Below are positions 28,392 to 38,313 of a stretch of 55,280 nucleotides of DNA, in pieces. The stretch is from NCBI GenBank assembly GCA_038214755.1, contig JBBQRQ010000025.1, forward strand, positions 1-55,280, written 5' to 3'. Position 1 is the stretch's first letter, and each line of letters starts with the position of its first letter. Source of the stretch: Verrucomicrobiota bacterium. Lineage in GTDB: Bacteria > Verrucomicrobiota > Verrucomicrobiia > Limisphaerales > CANJXF01. The notes under the pieces were generated by a model. That model had not been told where the DNA came from and ran no database searches. It saw only the letters and a list, made by a program, of their open reading frames with translations. The position numbers and the translations under genes were made by a program.

Positions 28392-28705
28392 TGAAACGAT
28401 ACGAAGGTTTATTTATTTTAAACACGGCGGCAAAAGAAGAAGGCGTCAAAGACATCATCGACAAAATTTCCGCCGAAATCACCTCGGCCGGCGGCAAAGT
28501 TGAAACTGTGCAAAAGATGGACAAAAAATCTTTCACGCGTGTCGCCGACCGAAAACACACCGCGGGTTTTTACGTCAACGTGATTTTCGAGACGGACCCC
28601 GAATCACTCGCGCCGATGCGCACCCGCCTGAATGCCAGCGACGATATTTTCCGCGTTATCATCACCCACGCTCCCGCGCCGAAAGAAGAAGTCGCGGAAA
28701 AATAA
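28391..28705 (+). CDS. rpsF: 30S ribosomal protein S6
   Basis: MKRYEGLFIL, GFYVNV.F; position before ssb. Confidence 0.93.
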   Translation: MKRYEGLFILNTAAKEEGVKDIIDKISAEITSAGGKVETVQKMDKKSFTRVADRKHTAGFYVNVIFETDPESLAPMRTRLNASDDIFRVIITHAPAPKEEVAEK

Positions 28706-28715
28706 TTTTGGAATT

Positions 28716-29171
28716 ATGGCCAGCTTCAACAAAGTCATTCTCGTCGGAAATCTGACGCGCGATCCTGAATTGCGCTATACGGCCAAGGGCACGGCGATTG
28801 CCAAGATCGGTTTGGCCGTCAGTCACAAGTGGAAGAACGAAGCGGGCGAACTCAAGGAAGATGTGCTGTTTATCGACGTCGATTGCTTTGGTCGCACCGG
28901 GGAAAATGTTGGGCAATATATGCGAAAAGGAAGCGCCATTTTAATTGAAGGCCGGCTCAAACTCGATACTTGGGACGACAAACAAACCAATCAAAAGCGA
29001 AGCAAAATCGGAGTCACTGCTGAGACGGTTCAATTTCTCGGTTCTCCGCGTGGCAGCACGGACGGTGCCCCTGCCGCCGAACGCAGCGCTCGCCCTGCCG
29101 CTGCCAAGCCACCCGACGCCGCATCTGACCCGGACCTTCCGCCCGAAGAACCCGACGATGTTCCATTTTAA
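28716..29171 (+). CDS. ssb: Single-stranded DNA-binding protein
   Basis: NKVILVGNLTRDPELRY, IEGRL, C-terminal DDVPF. Confidence 0.97.
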   Translation: MASFNKVILVGNLTRDPELRYTAKGTAIAKIGLAVSHKWKNEAGELKEDVLFIDVDCFGRTGENVGQYMRKGSAILIEGRLKLDTWDDKQTNQKRSKIGVTAETVQFLGSPRGSTDGAPAAERSARPAAAKPPDAASDPDLPPEEPDDVPF

Positions 29172-29229
29172 TTTTCTCGAAAATCTTCTTCATCCGATTC
29201 TCGACTCTCAATTCTCAATTATTTTTTCT

Positions 29230-29859
29230 ATGCCAAAAACCGAAATCATTCTCACTCACAACATCGTTGGTCTGGGCGGCGAATCCGACCAGGTCAAAGT
29301 CGCCGCGGGTTACGCGCGCAATTATCTTTTTCCGCAAGGGCTGGCCATACCGTTAACTGGCGCCAACAAACGACGGCTCGAATCGCTCAAGCAACGCCGC
29401 GCTGAACGCGAAGCGTATGATCTCAACACCATGACCGATCTGGCCAAAGGGATTTCCAAATTGATCTGTGTGGTGTTGGTCAAGACGGGGGAAGATGGCA
29501 AAATGTTTGGCACCGTCACGGCGGGCATGATCGCCGATCAACTCAAGACGCAATTCGACATTGTTCTCGATAAAAAGAAAATTCATCTCGACCATCCCAT
29601 CAAGACTTTGGGCGAACACGAAGTTGAATTGCGTTTGCACGCCGATGTCAAAAGCAGTTTGAAAGTTCGCGTCGAAAGCAGCACCCCGCCGGTGGAAAAA
29701 GCCGCCGCTGCACCGGCCAAGGAAGCCCCGCGCACTCATACCCGCGCCAAACGCGGTGAGCAACAGGTTCATACCAGTGAAAGACCCGCTCGTCCCGCCC
29801 GCAAACCGCGCGATGCCAGCGCGGAAAAAAAATCCCGCTCGGCCGAGTTGGAAAAATAA
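29230..29859 (+). CDS. rplI: 50S ribosomal protein L9 with C-terminal extension
   Basis: V.V..GYARNYLFP, GKMFGTVT, PIKTLGEH. Confidence 0.96.
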   Translation: MPKTEIILTHNIVGLGGESDQVKVAAGYARNYLFPQGLAIPLTGANKRRLESLKQRRAEREAYDLNTMTDLAKGISKLICVVLVKTGEDGKMFGTVTAGMIADQLKTQFDIVLDKKKIHLDHPIKTLGEHEVELRLHADVKSSLKVRVESSTPPVEKAAAAPAKEAPRTHTRAKRGEQQVHTSERPARPARKPRDASAEKKSRSAELEK

Positions 29860-30067
29860 ATCTGACGTTGGCCCCAGTGAACTCCCGAGTGGGGTGATGA
29901 AACGCTCGCGATTTATTGCAACACGGTAGAGCGAGATTTCGTCGAGCTACGATTTATTTCTGTTGCCTGTGATTTAAAATGAGGCTCGATAAAGTCTGGT
30001 CCAACTAAAAAACTTTTTCTCGTTAAGAAGTGGCAGCGAAATCGAGAGAAACGAGATCTCAGGAAAT

Positions 30068-30105
30068 AAAAAAACGGCCGCGTGACCTAAGCCAATCGGC
30101 CGTTT
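30068..30105 (-). terminator. Terminator-like hairpin downstream of the Cys-rich protein gene
   Basis: AAACGGCCG/CGGCCGTTT stem with a T-tract on the minus strand. Confidence 0.5.
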
Positions 30106-30121
30106 GGAGAAAACAAAAGAA

Positions 30122-30361
30122 TTACTTGGATTCTTTGGATTCTTCGCTCTTGGGCGATTTCTTAGGATTGCATTTTTCGCAGGTCTTGCCGTCTTTCTTG
30201 GCTTCGACACAGCACTTGTGTGAGCAGTCCTTGCCGGCCGCCTTTGCTTTTTCGCAACAGGTCTTCTTTTCTGTGACTTCCTTGTCATCCGCTCGGAGGG
30301 TCGAACCAGCGACCAGACTGAACGCACAAACCGCGACTGTGAACAACTTAATGAGTTTCAT
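30122..30361 (-). CDS. Small secreted Cys/Lys-rich protein
   Basis: Signal peptide, then CCEKAKAAGKDCSH-KCCVEAKKDGKTCEKC. Confidence 0.75.
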   Translation of the reverse strand: MKLIKLFTVAVCAFSLVAGSTLRADDKEVTEKKTCCEKAKAAGKDCSHKCCVEAKKDGKTCEKCNPKKSPKSEESKESK

Positions 30362-30636
30362 ATGGAACCTTTTTTCATTCCTGCACCCACTTTTCCCAAT
30401 GGCGACTCAGCCCGGGACCGGATAACAGGTTTGAGACAGAAAACTCATACAACAAGTCCACTGGGTTGTCTAGGGATTTGGGGCGATCCTGAAAAGTAAG
30501 AATTTGGACGGCTAATAATTGGAGCGGCGCGTTTATGACCGCCGCAAATATCCGCTGCGGTCACAGATGCGGCGCGACAAGTCGCCTTAGAGTTTCCATT
30601 GACCGTTGAAGGCCGCCGTCTTTAATTGCACTTTCG

Positions 30637-32055
30637 ATGATCGAAGTTCCATCAGATCTCCAGCAAATTCTCTCCTCCACTCCGGAACTGCGCGCAGCCT
30701 ATCTGGTTGGCGGCTGCGTGCGGGACGCTTGGCTGGGCCTGTCCTGCAAAGATTTCGACGTGGAAGTTTTCGGAGTCAATTATGAACAATTGGTCAGCGT
30801 GCTTTCCCGCTGGGGCAAGACGGATTTGGTCGGACGCTCGTTTGGCGTGGTAAAATTAACCACCGTTTGTGGCCATACTTTTGATTTTACCATCCCTCGA
30901 CGCGACTCGAAAATCGCCGCCGGCCACAAAGGTTTTCAGGTGGAATTCGATCCCGCCATCACTCCGAAAGAAGCGGCATCCCGGCGCGATTTCACGATCA
31001 ATTCTCTCATGTTCGATCCGCGCGCCAAACAGTTGCTCGATTTTTTTGGCGGCGTTTCTGATCTGGAAAAGAAGATTCTGCGCCATACCAGTCCGTCTTT
31101 CGTGGAAGACCCTTTACGCGTTTTGCGTGGAATGCAATTGGCCGCGCGTTTTGATTTCCGCGCCGCGCCGGAAACTATCGAGCTATCCCGAAAAATAAAA
31201 TTGAGTCATGCCGAACTCGCTGGCGAACGCGTGCGCGAAGAATGGTTCAAATGGGCGGAAAAAAGTGCAATGCCTTCTCGCGGATTGAAATTCCTCGTCG
31301 AGACAGAATGGGTGGAAAACTTTCCCGAAATCCAATCGCTCATCGGCACACCGCAGGAACCGGAGTGGCACCCCGAAGGCGACGTCTTCATCCACACCTG
31401 CCATTGCTGCGACGCGATGGTGCAGCTTCCCGAATGGAAAAATGCCGACACGGAATCGCGCATCGTTTATTCGCTGGCGATCCTGGCGCATGATTTTGGA
31501 AAACCCACAACGACGCATCGCACTCTGAAAGATGGCGTCGAACGAATCGTTTCGCCCGGCCATGATGAAGTCGGGGTGCCGCTCACAGAAAATTTTCTTG
31601 CGCGTATCGCCGCGCCGCTCGCCATTCGTCAGCGCGTGGTTCCCCTCGTGCAAAATCATCTCGCGCATTTTCAAACGCTGACCGACCGGGCCGTGCGACG
31701 CCTTGCCAAACGCCTCGAGCCGGAAAATATTTTTGGCCTCGGCGTCGTGATGACGGCCGATCAAATGGGGCGACCGCCGCGCCCTGCCACTGTTTCCGAA
31801 AATGTGCAGCGACTTTTGGCCCGCGCGCATGAATTGGAAATCCAAATCAAACCGCCTCAGCCCATTTTGCTCGGAAGACACCTGCTCGACCTTGGAATGC
31901 CCGGCGGAAAAGAAATGGGAAAAGTTCTGCGCGCCGCTTTCGAGGCGCAGCTTGAAGGAAACTTCTTCGACCTGCCGCAAGCGTTGCGTTGGTTGCGGGA
32001 ACAAAAAGAAATTGAGTTGCCCGGCGCCGTCAGAGAGAAACTTCAGGAGAAATAA
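30637..32055 (+). CDS. cca: CCA-adding tRNA nucleotidyltransferase with HD domain
   Basis: YLVGGCVRD, DFDVE, RRDFTINS, EDPLRVLR, HPEGDV..H, HDFGK. Confidence 0.92.
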   Translation: MIEVPSDLQQILSSTPELRAAYLVGGCVRDAWLGLSCKDFDVEVFGVNYEQLVSVLSRWGKTDLVGRSFGVVKLTTVCGHTFDFTIPRRDSKIAAGHKGFQVEFDPAITPKEAASRRDFTINSLMFDPRAKQLLDFFGGVSDLEKKILRHTSPSFVEDPLRVLRGMQLAARFDFRAAPETIELSRKIKLSHAELAGERVREEWFKWAEKSAMPSRGLKFLVETEWVENFPEIQSLIGTPQEPEWHPEGDVFIHTCHCCDAMVQLPEWKNADTESRIVYSLAILAHDFGKPTTTHRTLKDGVERIVSPGHDEVGVPLTENFLARIAAPLAIRQRVVPLVQNHLAHFQTLTDRAVRRLAKRLEPENIFGLGVVMTADQMGRPPRPATVSENVQRLLARAHELEIQIKPPQPILLGRHLLDLGMPGGKEMGKVLRAAFEAQLEGNFFDLPQALRWLREQKEIELPGAVREKLQEK

Positions 32056-32057
32056 TT

Positions 32058-33074
32058 ATGCAAAAATTTTTACGATCTGTTTTAGGCAAAGTGCGTTTTG
32101 GAAATTTATTCCGCCCAACGACGACAGGAAACCGACGGTTGCCGACCGTCCCCCAATCCCAAAGGGATTGCATCATTCAGCCCAAGGTTGCGAGGCGCGA
32201 GCTACCCTGGGTGCGATACAAAAAAAGAGGTTCAACCCCAACGGGGTTGGATCAACCGCGAACCAATCACAGATGCTACAACCCCTTTGGGGTTGTTGAT
32301 TTTGTTGTCGGTTCACCCAAGGTAGCTCGTTCCTCGCAACCCTGGGCTAATAGATGGAATCCCGTTGGGATTCAGCGGAAGTGTTTCCAGAAAATATTTC
32401 TCTTGGGCGCGACGATGTTGCTTTGCGTTTCCTTCGCCGGACAAATCTTGGCCACCGAGTCCGCCGACACCAACCGCTGGGAAAATGAGATTCAACAGTT
32501 TGAAGCAGCCGACAAAACCAATCCGCCGCCGCAGAAAGCGATCTTGTTCATCGGCAGTTCGAGCATTCGACTTTGGAAAACTTTGGCGAAGGATTTTCCA
32601 GAATACAAAGTCATCAATCGCGGATTCGGTGGTTCGTATTTGAGTGACTCCGTTTATTTCTTCGACCGTATCGTCAAGCCTTACCAGCCGAAAATGATTG
32701 TGATGTATGCGGGCGGCAACGACATCAATGCCGGCAAAACGCCCGAAGAAGTTTTCGGTGCGTTCACCAATTTCGTCGCGAAGACGCGCAAAGTTTTGCC
32801 GCGAACCCGCATCGCTTACCTTTCCATCGCGCCCAATCCCGCGCGCTGGTCGCAAGTGGAACAAGTCAAAGCGGCAAACCAATTGATCGAAAATTACACG
32901 AAGAAAAATTCCAGGCTCGCGTTCATCAATGTTTTTCCCGCGATGCTCGGCGAGGATGGAAAACCGAAACCGGATATTTTTCTCAGCGATAATTTGCACA
33001 TGAATCCAAAAGGCTACGCGATCTGGGTTTCGATGGTGCGGTCGTCTCTTAAAGAGCACGACCGACGTAAATAA
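32058..33074 (+). CDS. SGNH/GDSL-family hydrolase; the N-terminus contains a repeat element (true start uncertain)
   Basis: FIGSSSIRLW, INRGFGGS, YAGGND, DNLHMN. Confidence 0.88.
   Translation: MQKFLRSVLGKVRFGNLFRPTTTGNRRLPTVPQSQRDCIIQPKVARRELPWVRYKKRGSTPTGLDQPRTNHRCYNPFGVVDFVVGSPKVARSSQPWANRWNPVGIQRKCFQKIFLLGATMLLCVSFAGQILATESADTNRWENEIQQFEAADKTNPPPQKAILFIGSSSIRLWKTLAKDFPEYKVINRGFGGSYLSDSVYFFDRIVKPYQPKMIVMYAGGNDINAGKTPEEVFGAFTNFVAKTRKVLPRTRIAYLSIAPNPARWSQVEQVKAANQLIENYTKKNSRLAFINVFPAMLGEDGKPKPDIFLSDNLHMNPKGYAIWVSMVRSSLKEHDRRK
32155..32372. repeat. Long CCCnnnGGG-type inverted-repeat element
   Basis: AATCCCAAAGGGATT..CCCAAGGTTGCGAGG..GAGCTACCCTGGGT (32155-32212) pairs with 32315-32372; inner CAACCCC..GGGGTTG hairpins. 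Confidence 0.82.
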
Positions 33075-33501
33075 TCGCGCCATCCTCAAGACGAAAATCG
33101 TTCTCCGGTGTGTGCGTGTCCGGATACCAAGCGCGTTCGCGCCTTTTAAACCCGTAAACTTCCTGCCGCAGCCGCAGGGCATAAATTTTTCCACGTTGCG
33201 ACACCTGAATTTTTTTCGGAAACGCAAACGGTGTAAATTCGCCAGCGACTTTTACTGCTTCCAATAGAGTTGTGCCTTGGGGAAGTTGATAAGTATCAGG
33301 GTGAACAACTTCCCCGCCTATCTTTACTGTTATCAACGTATGTGACGAAATTTCGTTTGTGTTTCGGATGTCCACATTTTTCGAACTTCCGTTGAATCTG
33401 GGAATCTTAAGAGTGACGGGCCGGTGTCTGGATTTGTCCGTTTTGCAGGCCGTAATTCCTGTGATCACAGCAAATAAAAAGATGAAGTGTTTGGTCCTCA
33501 C
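33049..33501 (-). CDS. SLBB-domain lipoprotein
   Basis: Lipobox ITAC; V.IGGEV.HP.TY.LP.GTTLLEAV..AG.FT.FA. Confidence 0.75.
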   Translation of the reverse strand: MRTKHFIFLFAVITGITACKTDKSRHRPVTLKIPRFNGSSKNVDIRNTNEISSHTLITVKIGGEVVHPDTYQLPQGTTLLEAVKVAGEFTPFAFPKKIQVSQRGKIYALRLRQEVYGFKRRERAWYPDTHTPENDFRLEDGAIIYVGRAL

Positions 33502-33581
33502 AATTTGATTTGTTCAGGTTCCTCATCCAAACTTGTTTTCATTCTGCCTGCGGAATAGCGTTTCGCCGTTCGCGAAAAATC

Positions 33582-35657
33582 ATGACCAACTTTCTTCACG
33601 CTTTGGGAAAATTTTGGCTGGTGCATATCGCGCTTTTGTTTTCAGCGATGGCAGTTCTCGCTACGCCCGCCCTCGTCCCCCTCCCGCAGCAGATGCAGTT
33701 GCAGACGGGCACGTTCACCCTCTGCCCGGAGCAAGTGATTCCCGGCGCGCCAGCTCCAGCCACGATGAAAATTCTGGTGGACGACGTGTCGCGGGAAACG
33801 GGTGAATATCTGGCCTTGCAGCTTTTCAAATCTACGGGCTACCGCTTTCAAATCGCAACGGACCCGGGAATCACGCCAGTCGCGCAAACGATTTTGCTCA
33901 CCACGAATAGCGCGCTGGCGAGTCTCGGAGCGGAAGGCTACGAGTTGACCGTCACGACAAACTCCGTCGTCATCCGCGCGCCAGCCTCGGCGGGAATTTT
34001 TTACGGCGCGCAATCGCTTTTGCAATTATTGCCGCCGGAAATTTTGTCGCCGCGACCGGTGAGCGGCGTCCCGTGGACGATTCCCTGCGTTTACATTCAG
34101 GACGCGCCGCGCTTTCCGTGGCGCGGATGGATGCTCGACAGCGTGCGCCACTTTTTCAACAAGGACGAAGTCAAGCAACTGCTCGACACGATGGCGCTGA
34201 ACAAGCTGAACATGTTTCACTGGCACTTGGACGATGATTCAGGCTGGCGCATCGAGATTTTGAAATGGCCGTTGTTGACGCAGGTCGGCGCGTGGCGCAC
34301 GAACATTCTTTTTGGACTCAATCCTCGTTCGACCACCGCGTTCGACGACATGGGACGTTACGGCGGTTTTTACACGCAGGCGGAAATTCGCGAGATCGTG
34401 GCCTACGCGGCGCAACGGCACATCACCATCGTTCCTGAGATCGAGATGCCGGGTCATTCCACGGCGGCGTTGGCGGCTTATCCGCAATTCTCATGCAATG
34501 GCGGTCGTGGCGATTGCCCAACTTGTTTGAACGGCCCTTACAGTCTGAACGTCACCAGTTATTCGGGCGGTGTCTTCTGCGCGGCGCGACCGGAGACGCG
34601 CGAATTTCTGCACGACATTTTGACCGAGGTCATGGGACTTTTTCGGGGGCCATACATTCACATCGGCGGCGACGAAGTGAATTTTGGCAATTGGCAAAAA
34701 CATTCTTTGGATCAGCAGTTGACGAACAGTCTGGGAATTACGTCGATGCAAAAATATCAAAGTTATTTCACGCAACAGATCGCCGATTGGATCAAAAGCC
34801 AGGGGCGCACGATGATCGGCTGGAGCGAAATCATGAACGGCGGCCTGGTCACCAACGCGGCGTTGATGGATTGGAAAGTCGGGACCAGCGCGCGGGCCAC
34901 GTTCACGGCAACGAACCAACAATTCGTGGTGATGACGCCCACCACGTATTGTTACATCAATGAATGGGAGACCGGCGGCGCGACTGGCAGCGGCGTGATT
35001 TGGTCGAATGAACCGCCGGGCCAATCCGGTTTCGTGCCATTGAGCACGACTTATAGTTTGGAACCGGTGCCGGCAAATTTGCCGGCGGCATTTACAAATT
35101 ATATTCTCGGCGCGCAGGGCAACTCGTGGTCGGAATACATTCCATCGCTGTTAAACATGGAGTTCAAAATGTTTCCGCGATTGTGCGCTCTGGCGGAAGT
35201 GGGCTGGACCGCGGCTGCTCTGAAAAATTACACGGACTTCACCAATCGCCTCGTCGTTCACAAGCAACGGCTCACCCAGTTGGGAGTGAATTACAATCGC
35301 AGCGCCGTCCCGCCACAAATTGGTTCGTGGACGTCAGCGCAAATCTCACCGAGCTACTCGACGCTGGCTTGGGACATCACCTCGAGCGTGACCAATGCGG
35401 GAGAAATTGATGTGAGCTTTTGTTGGAAGACCGGAACCAACGGACTGGACATAGCATGGGCGGCGCTGCTGGAAAACGGCGTGGAAATTGATCGCGACAC
35501 GCACGCGGGATTTACTTTTACCACACCGATCAAACCGGCTTACGTCCTGCGCCTGCCCGCGCGTCGCCGTGGCGCAACCTACACCCTGCAAGCCTCGGTC
35601 GCTGGACGTGGCGGCACAAACTCCAACGGCATCGTGTATCGCCCGAATTGGGATTGA
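33582..35657 (+). CDS. GH20 beta-N-acetylhexosaminidase, secreted
   Basis: DAPRFPWRG.MLD..RHF, KLN.FHWHL.DD.GWR, PEIEMPGH, catalytic HIGGDE. Confidence 0.95.
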   Translation: MTNFLHALGKFWLVHIALLFSAMAVLATPALVPLPQQMQLQTGTFTLCPEQVIPGAPAPATMKILVDDVSRETGEYLALQLFKSTGYRFQIATDPGITPVAQTILLTTNSALASLGAEGYELTVTTNSVVIRAPASAGIFYGAQSLLQLLPPEILSPRPVSGVPWTIPCVYIQDAPRFPWRGWMLDSVRHFFNKDEVKQLLDTMALNKLNMFHWHLDDDSGWRIEILKWPLLTQVGAWRTNILFGLNPRSTTAFDDMGRYGGFYTQAEIREIVAYAAQRHITIVPEIEMPGHSTAALAAYPQFSCNGGRGDCPTCLNGPYSLNVTSYSGGVFCAARPETREFLHDILTEVMGLFRGPYIHIGGDEVNFGNWQKHSLDQQLTNSLGITSMQKYQSYFTQQIADWIKSQGRTMIGWSEIMNGGLVTNAALMDWKVGTSARATFTATNQQFVVMTPTTYCYINEWETGGATGSGVIWSNEPPGQSGFVPLSTTYSLEPVPANLPAAFTNYILGAQGNSWSEYIPSLLNMEFKMFPRLCALAEVGWTAAALKNYTDFTNRLVVHKQRLTQLGVNYNRSAVPPQIGSWTSAQISPSYSTLAWDITSSVTNAGEIDVSFCWKTGTNGLDIAWAALLENGVEIDRDTHAGFTFTTPIKPAYVLRLPARRRGATYTLQASVAGRGGTNSNGIVYRPNWD

Positions 35658-35662
35658 AGCGC

Positions 35663-38218
35663 ATGAACAAAAAATTTTCTATATCGCTATCCACATCGTC
35701 GGAGCGCGGACAGCCTTGTCCGCGAGTCGCCATCAGCGCGCAAGGAACACGCGGACAAGACTGTCCGCGCTCCGGCCGACATAGTGCGATGCCCGGTCTT
35801 TGCCGCGAAATTTTCCTCGCGTGCAGCATCTTTCTCGCGGGCGTCACGACCGCGCGTTCACAACCACTTTCCATCAACACCCTCGCCGGCCACGTCGTTC
35901 CCGGAAGCGCGGAAGGCGTGGGCAGCAGCGCGGGATTCAATCATCCGAACGGCGTCGCGGCGGATAGCGCGGGCAATGTTTATGTGGCCGACACCGAGAA
36001 TAGCGCCATCCGAAAAATTACACCGAACGAAGTCGTGAGCACATTCGCGGGATTCGCCGGAAATTTTGGCAGCGTGAATGGCAGCGGGACGAACGCGCAG
36101 TTTTTCGGGCCGCAAGGAATCGCCATTTCCAGCGGCGGAAATATTTATGTGGCGGACACGGCGAACCAAATGATTCGAAAAATCACACCCGCCGGAGTCG
36201 TGAGCGCGTTCGCTGGTTCGGCTGGATATGCGAACAGCTTCGATGGCGCGGGAACCAACGCGCAGTTTTTTCAACCGGAAGGCATCGCGGTGGATAGCGC
36301 CGGAAATGTTTTTGTCGCCGACACCTGGAATCACACCATTCGCAAAATTACCTCGGCGGGCGCGGTCAGCACGTGGGCGGGATTGGCCGGAAATTTCGGG
36401 AGCGCCGACGGCACGAACAGCAAAGCGCGCTTCAATTGGCCGACTGGAATTGCGGTGGACAGCGCGAGCAATCTTTTCGTGACGGATTTTCTCAACCACA
36501 CGATTCGCAAGATCACACCCGGCGGCGCGGTCAGCACGATTGCCGGATTGGCCGGCGTCTGGGGCAGCGAGGATGGGACGAACAGCGAGGCGCGATTTTT
36601 TCAGCCGCAAGGAATTGTGGCCGACAGCGCGGGAAATCTTTTTGTCGTGGATTCCGGCAATCAAACCATTCGGAAAATTTTTGCCAACGGAACGAACTGG
36701 ATCGTGACCACTGTCGCCGGGTTTCCGGGAAACGCGGGCTACGCCGATGGCGTAGGCGAAGCCACGCAATTTTATTTTCCCGCCGGCATTGCGAAGGATG
36801 GAGCAGGTCATCTCTACGTGGCCGATTTCGGGAACAACACCATTCGCACCGACCGCGCTGTGCCGCCGACCATCACGCGACAGCCGCTCGGACAGACTTT
36901 GGTAGAAGGTGAAAACGGGACGTTCACCGTCGCGGCCAGCAGCAGTTCGCCGATCACTTATCAATGGCAGTTTAATCAAACGGAGATTCCCGGCGCGACT
37001 GACAGCAGCTTCACTTCGAGCAATGTGACGGTGGCGAATGCTGGACAATATTCGGTGGTGTTGGGCAACCAGATTGGTTCGGTGACCAGCGCGCCGGCGG
37101 TGTTGGTGGTGAATTATTTCCTGCGCTCAACCGCAAATCCATCGAACGGTGGAACCATTCTCGTTTCTCCCCAGCAGGTGGGTTACGCCTTTGGAGATAC
37201 CGTCTCTCTCACCGCCACGGCGAGCCCCGGTTTTTCTTTTGTCGGTTGGTCGGGCGATGTGGTGACGGCCAGCAATCAAATTGTTGTCACCGTGACGAAA
37301 AGCAAAACGTTCGTGGCGAATTTTTTCAGCACGGCGGACATCATTTTAGATAACCCGGACGCGCTCTATTCCGGCGTCTGGACCATCGCGACGAGCGCCC
37401 CAGATAAGTACGGCAGCTATTACGAGTACGCCGCCACTGTCTCCGGCTCCAGTGGCATGGCCGATGCGATTTACACTCCGAATATATTTTTAGCCGGCAA
37501 CTACGATGTCTCCATCTGGTATCCGCAAGGAACCAATCGTTCCGTTCGCGCGCCGTTGCTGATTGCTTTCAATGGAGCGAGCGTCGTGACGAATGTTGAC
37601 CAGACGATCGGCGGTGGGAGTTGGCGTCTAATCGCTTCGCGAAAAGAGTTCGTGCCAGGGACCAATGGCTTCGTGGAAATAAAAAATAACACCGGCGAAA
37701 TCAATAGAATTGTCCTGGCCGACGCCGTGCGCTTTACCTACAACTCCGGTCCGATCATTTACAGCCAGCCGCAAAATCAAAAAGCGAGACTCCATTCAAG
37801 CGCCACTTTCAACGTCCTCGCCGCAGCCACCGGCCAACTCACTTATCAATGGCAGTTCAACGAGGGCAATATCCCCGGAGCGACCAATAGTTTTTATACG
37901 CGAACCAATATTCAGCCGAGCGATGCCGGGGGTTACACGGTGGTGCTCTCAAATCACGTCGGCATCGTTATCAGCGACATCGCCGCTTTGACTCTTTTGC
38001 CGACCACGCGATTGACTTCATTTTCCTTTCTGCCCGATGGCCGATTTCATTTCACGATGAACGGCGAGAGTGATTTGAACTACGCCATTGAAGCCTCGAC
38101 CAATCTCATCAATTGGGACGTGGTGACAAATCTTTCCAGCCCCGATGGGACGTTGGAATTTATTGATTCCGCGCCGCGGTTGGAAAAACGTTTTTACCGC
38201 GCCAGAGGCTCGCCTTAA
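35663..38218 (+). CDS. Secreted NHL-repeat protein with Ig-like, B-repeat-like and golvesin/CBM-like domains
   Basis: Six F..P.GIAVD..GN.FV.D..N.TIRKI repeats; two Ig domains (YQWQFN..IPGAT..Y.VV); ADAVRF; alternative start at 35789. Confidence 0.88.
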   Translation: MNKKFSISLSTSSERGQPCPRVAISAQGTRGQDCPRSGRHSAMPGLCREIFLACSIFLAGVTTARSQPLSINTLAGHVVPGSAEGVGSSAGFNHPNGVAADSAGNVYVADTENSAIRKITPNEVVSTFAGFAGNFGSVNGSGTNAQFFGPQGIAISSGGNIYVADTANQMIRKITPAGVVSAFAGSAGYANSFDGAGTNAQFFQPEGIAVDSAGNVFVADTWNHTIRKITSAGAVSTWAGLAGNFGSADGTNSKARFNWPTGIAVDSASNLFVTDFLNHTIRKITPGGAVSTIAGLAGVWGSEDGTNSEARFFQPQGIVADSAGNLFVVDSGNQTIRKIFANGTNWIVTTVAGFPGNAGYADGVGEATQFYFPAGIAKDGAGHLYVADFGNNTIRTDRAVPPTITRQPLGQTLVEGENGTFTVAASSSSPITYQWQFNQTEIPGATDSSFTSSNVTVANAGQYSVVLGNQIGSVTSAPAVLVVNYFLRSTANPSNGGTILVSPQQVGYAFGDTVSLTATASPGFSFVGWSGDVVTASNQIVVTVTKSKTFVANFFSTADIILDNPDALYSGVWTIATSAPDKYGSYYEYAATVSGSSGMADAIYTPNIFLAGNYDVSIWYPQGTNRSVRAPLLIAFNGASVVTNVDQTIGGGSWRLIASRKEFVPGTNGFVEIKNNTGEINRIVLADAVRFTYNSGPIIYSQPQNQKARLHSSATFNVLAAATGQLTYQWQFNEGNIPGATNSFYTRTNIQPSDAGGYTVVLSNHVGIVISDIAALTLLPTTRLTSFSFLPDGRFHFTMNGESDLNYAIEASTNLINWDVVTNLSSPDGTLEFIDSAPRLEKRFYRARGSP
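35700..35774. repeat. GGAG REP doublet in the 5' end of the NHL gene
   Basis: CGGAGCGCGGACAGCCTTGTCCGCG / CGCGGACAAGACTGTCCGCGCTCCG. Confidence 0.85.
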
Positions 38219-38220
38219 AA

Positions 38221-38313
38221 GTAGGGCAGCGCGTCTCGCCTGCCCGGGCCATGGGGGAAAAACTCGAAGCTGATTTCCCCTTTTACCCCGGCAGGCGAGA
38301 CGCGCTGCCCTAT
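38221..38313. repeat. GTAG REP doublet immediately after the stop codon
   Basis: GTAGGGCAGCGCGTCTCGCCTGCC / GGCAGGCGAGACGCGCTGCCCTAT. Confidence 0.88.

Noticed and set aside
35930..36850. Tandem nucleotide repeats of about 165 nt as a possible DGR or array
   Set aside because: They are coding NHL blade repeats, with no reverse transcriptase and no adenine-specific variation noticed
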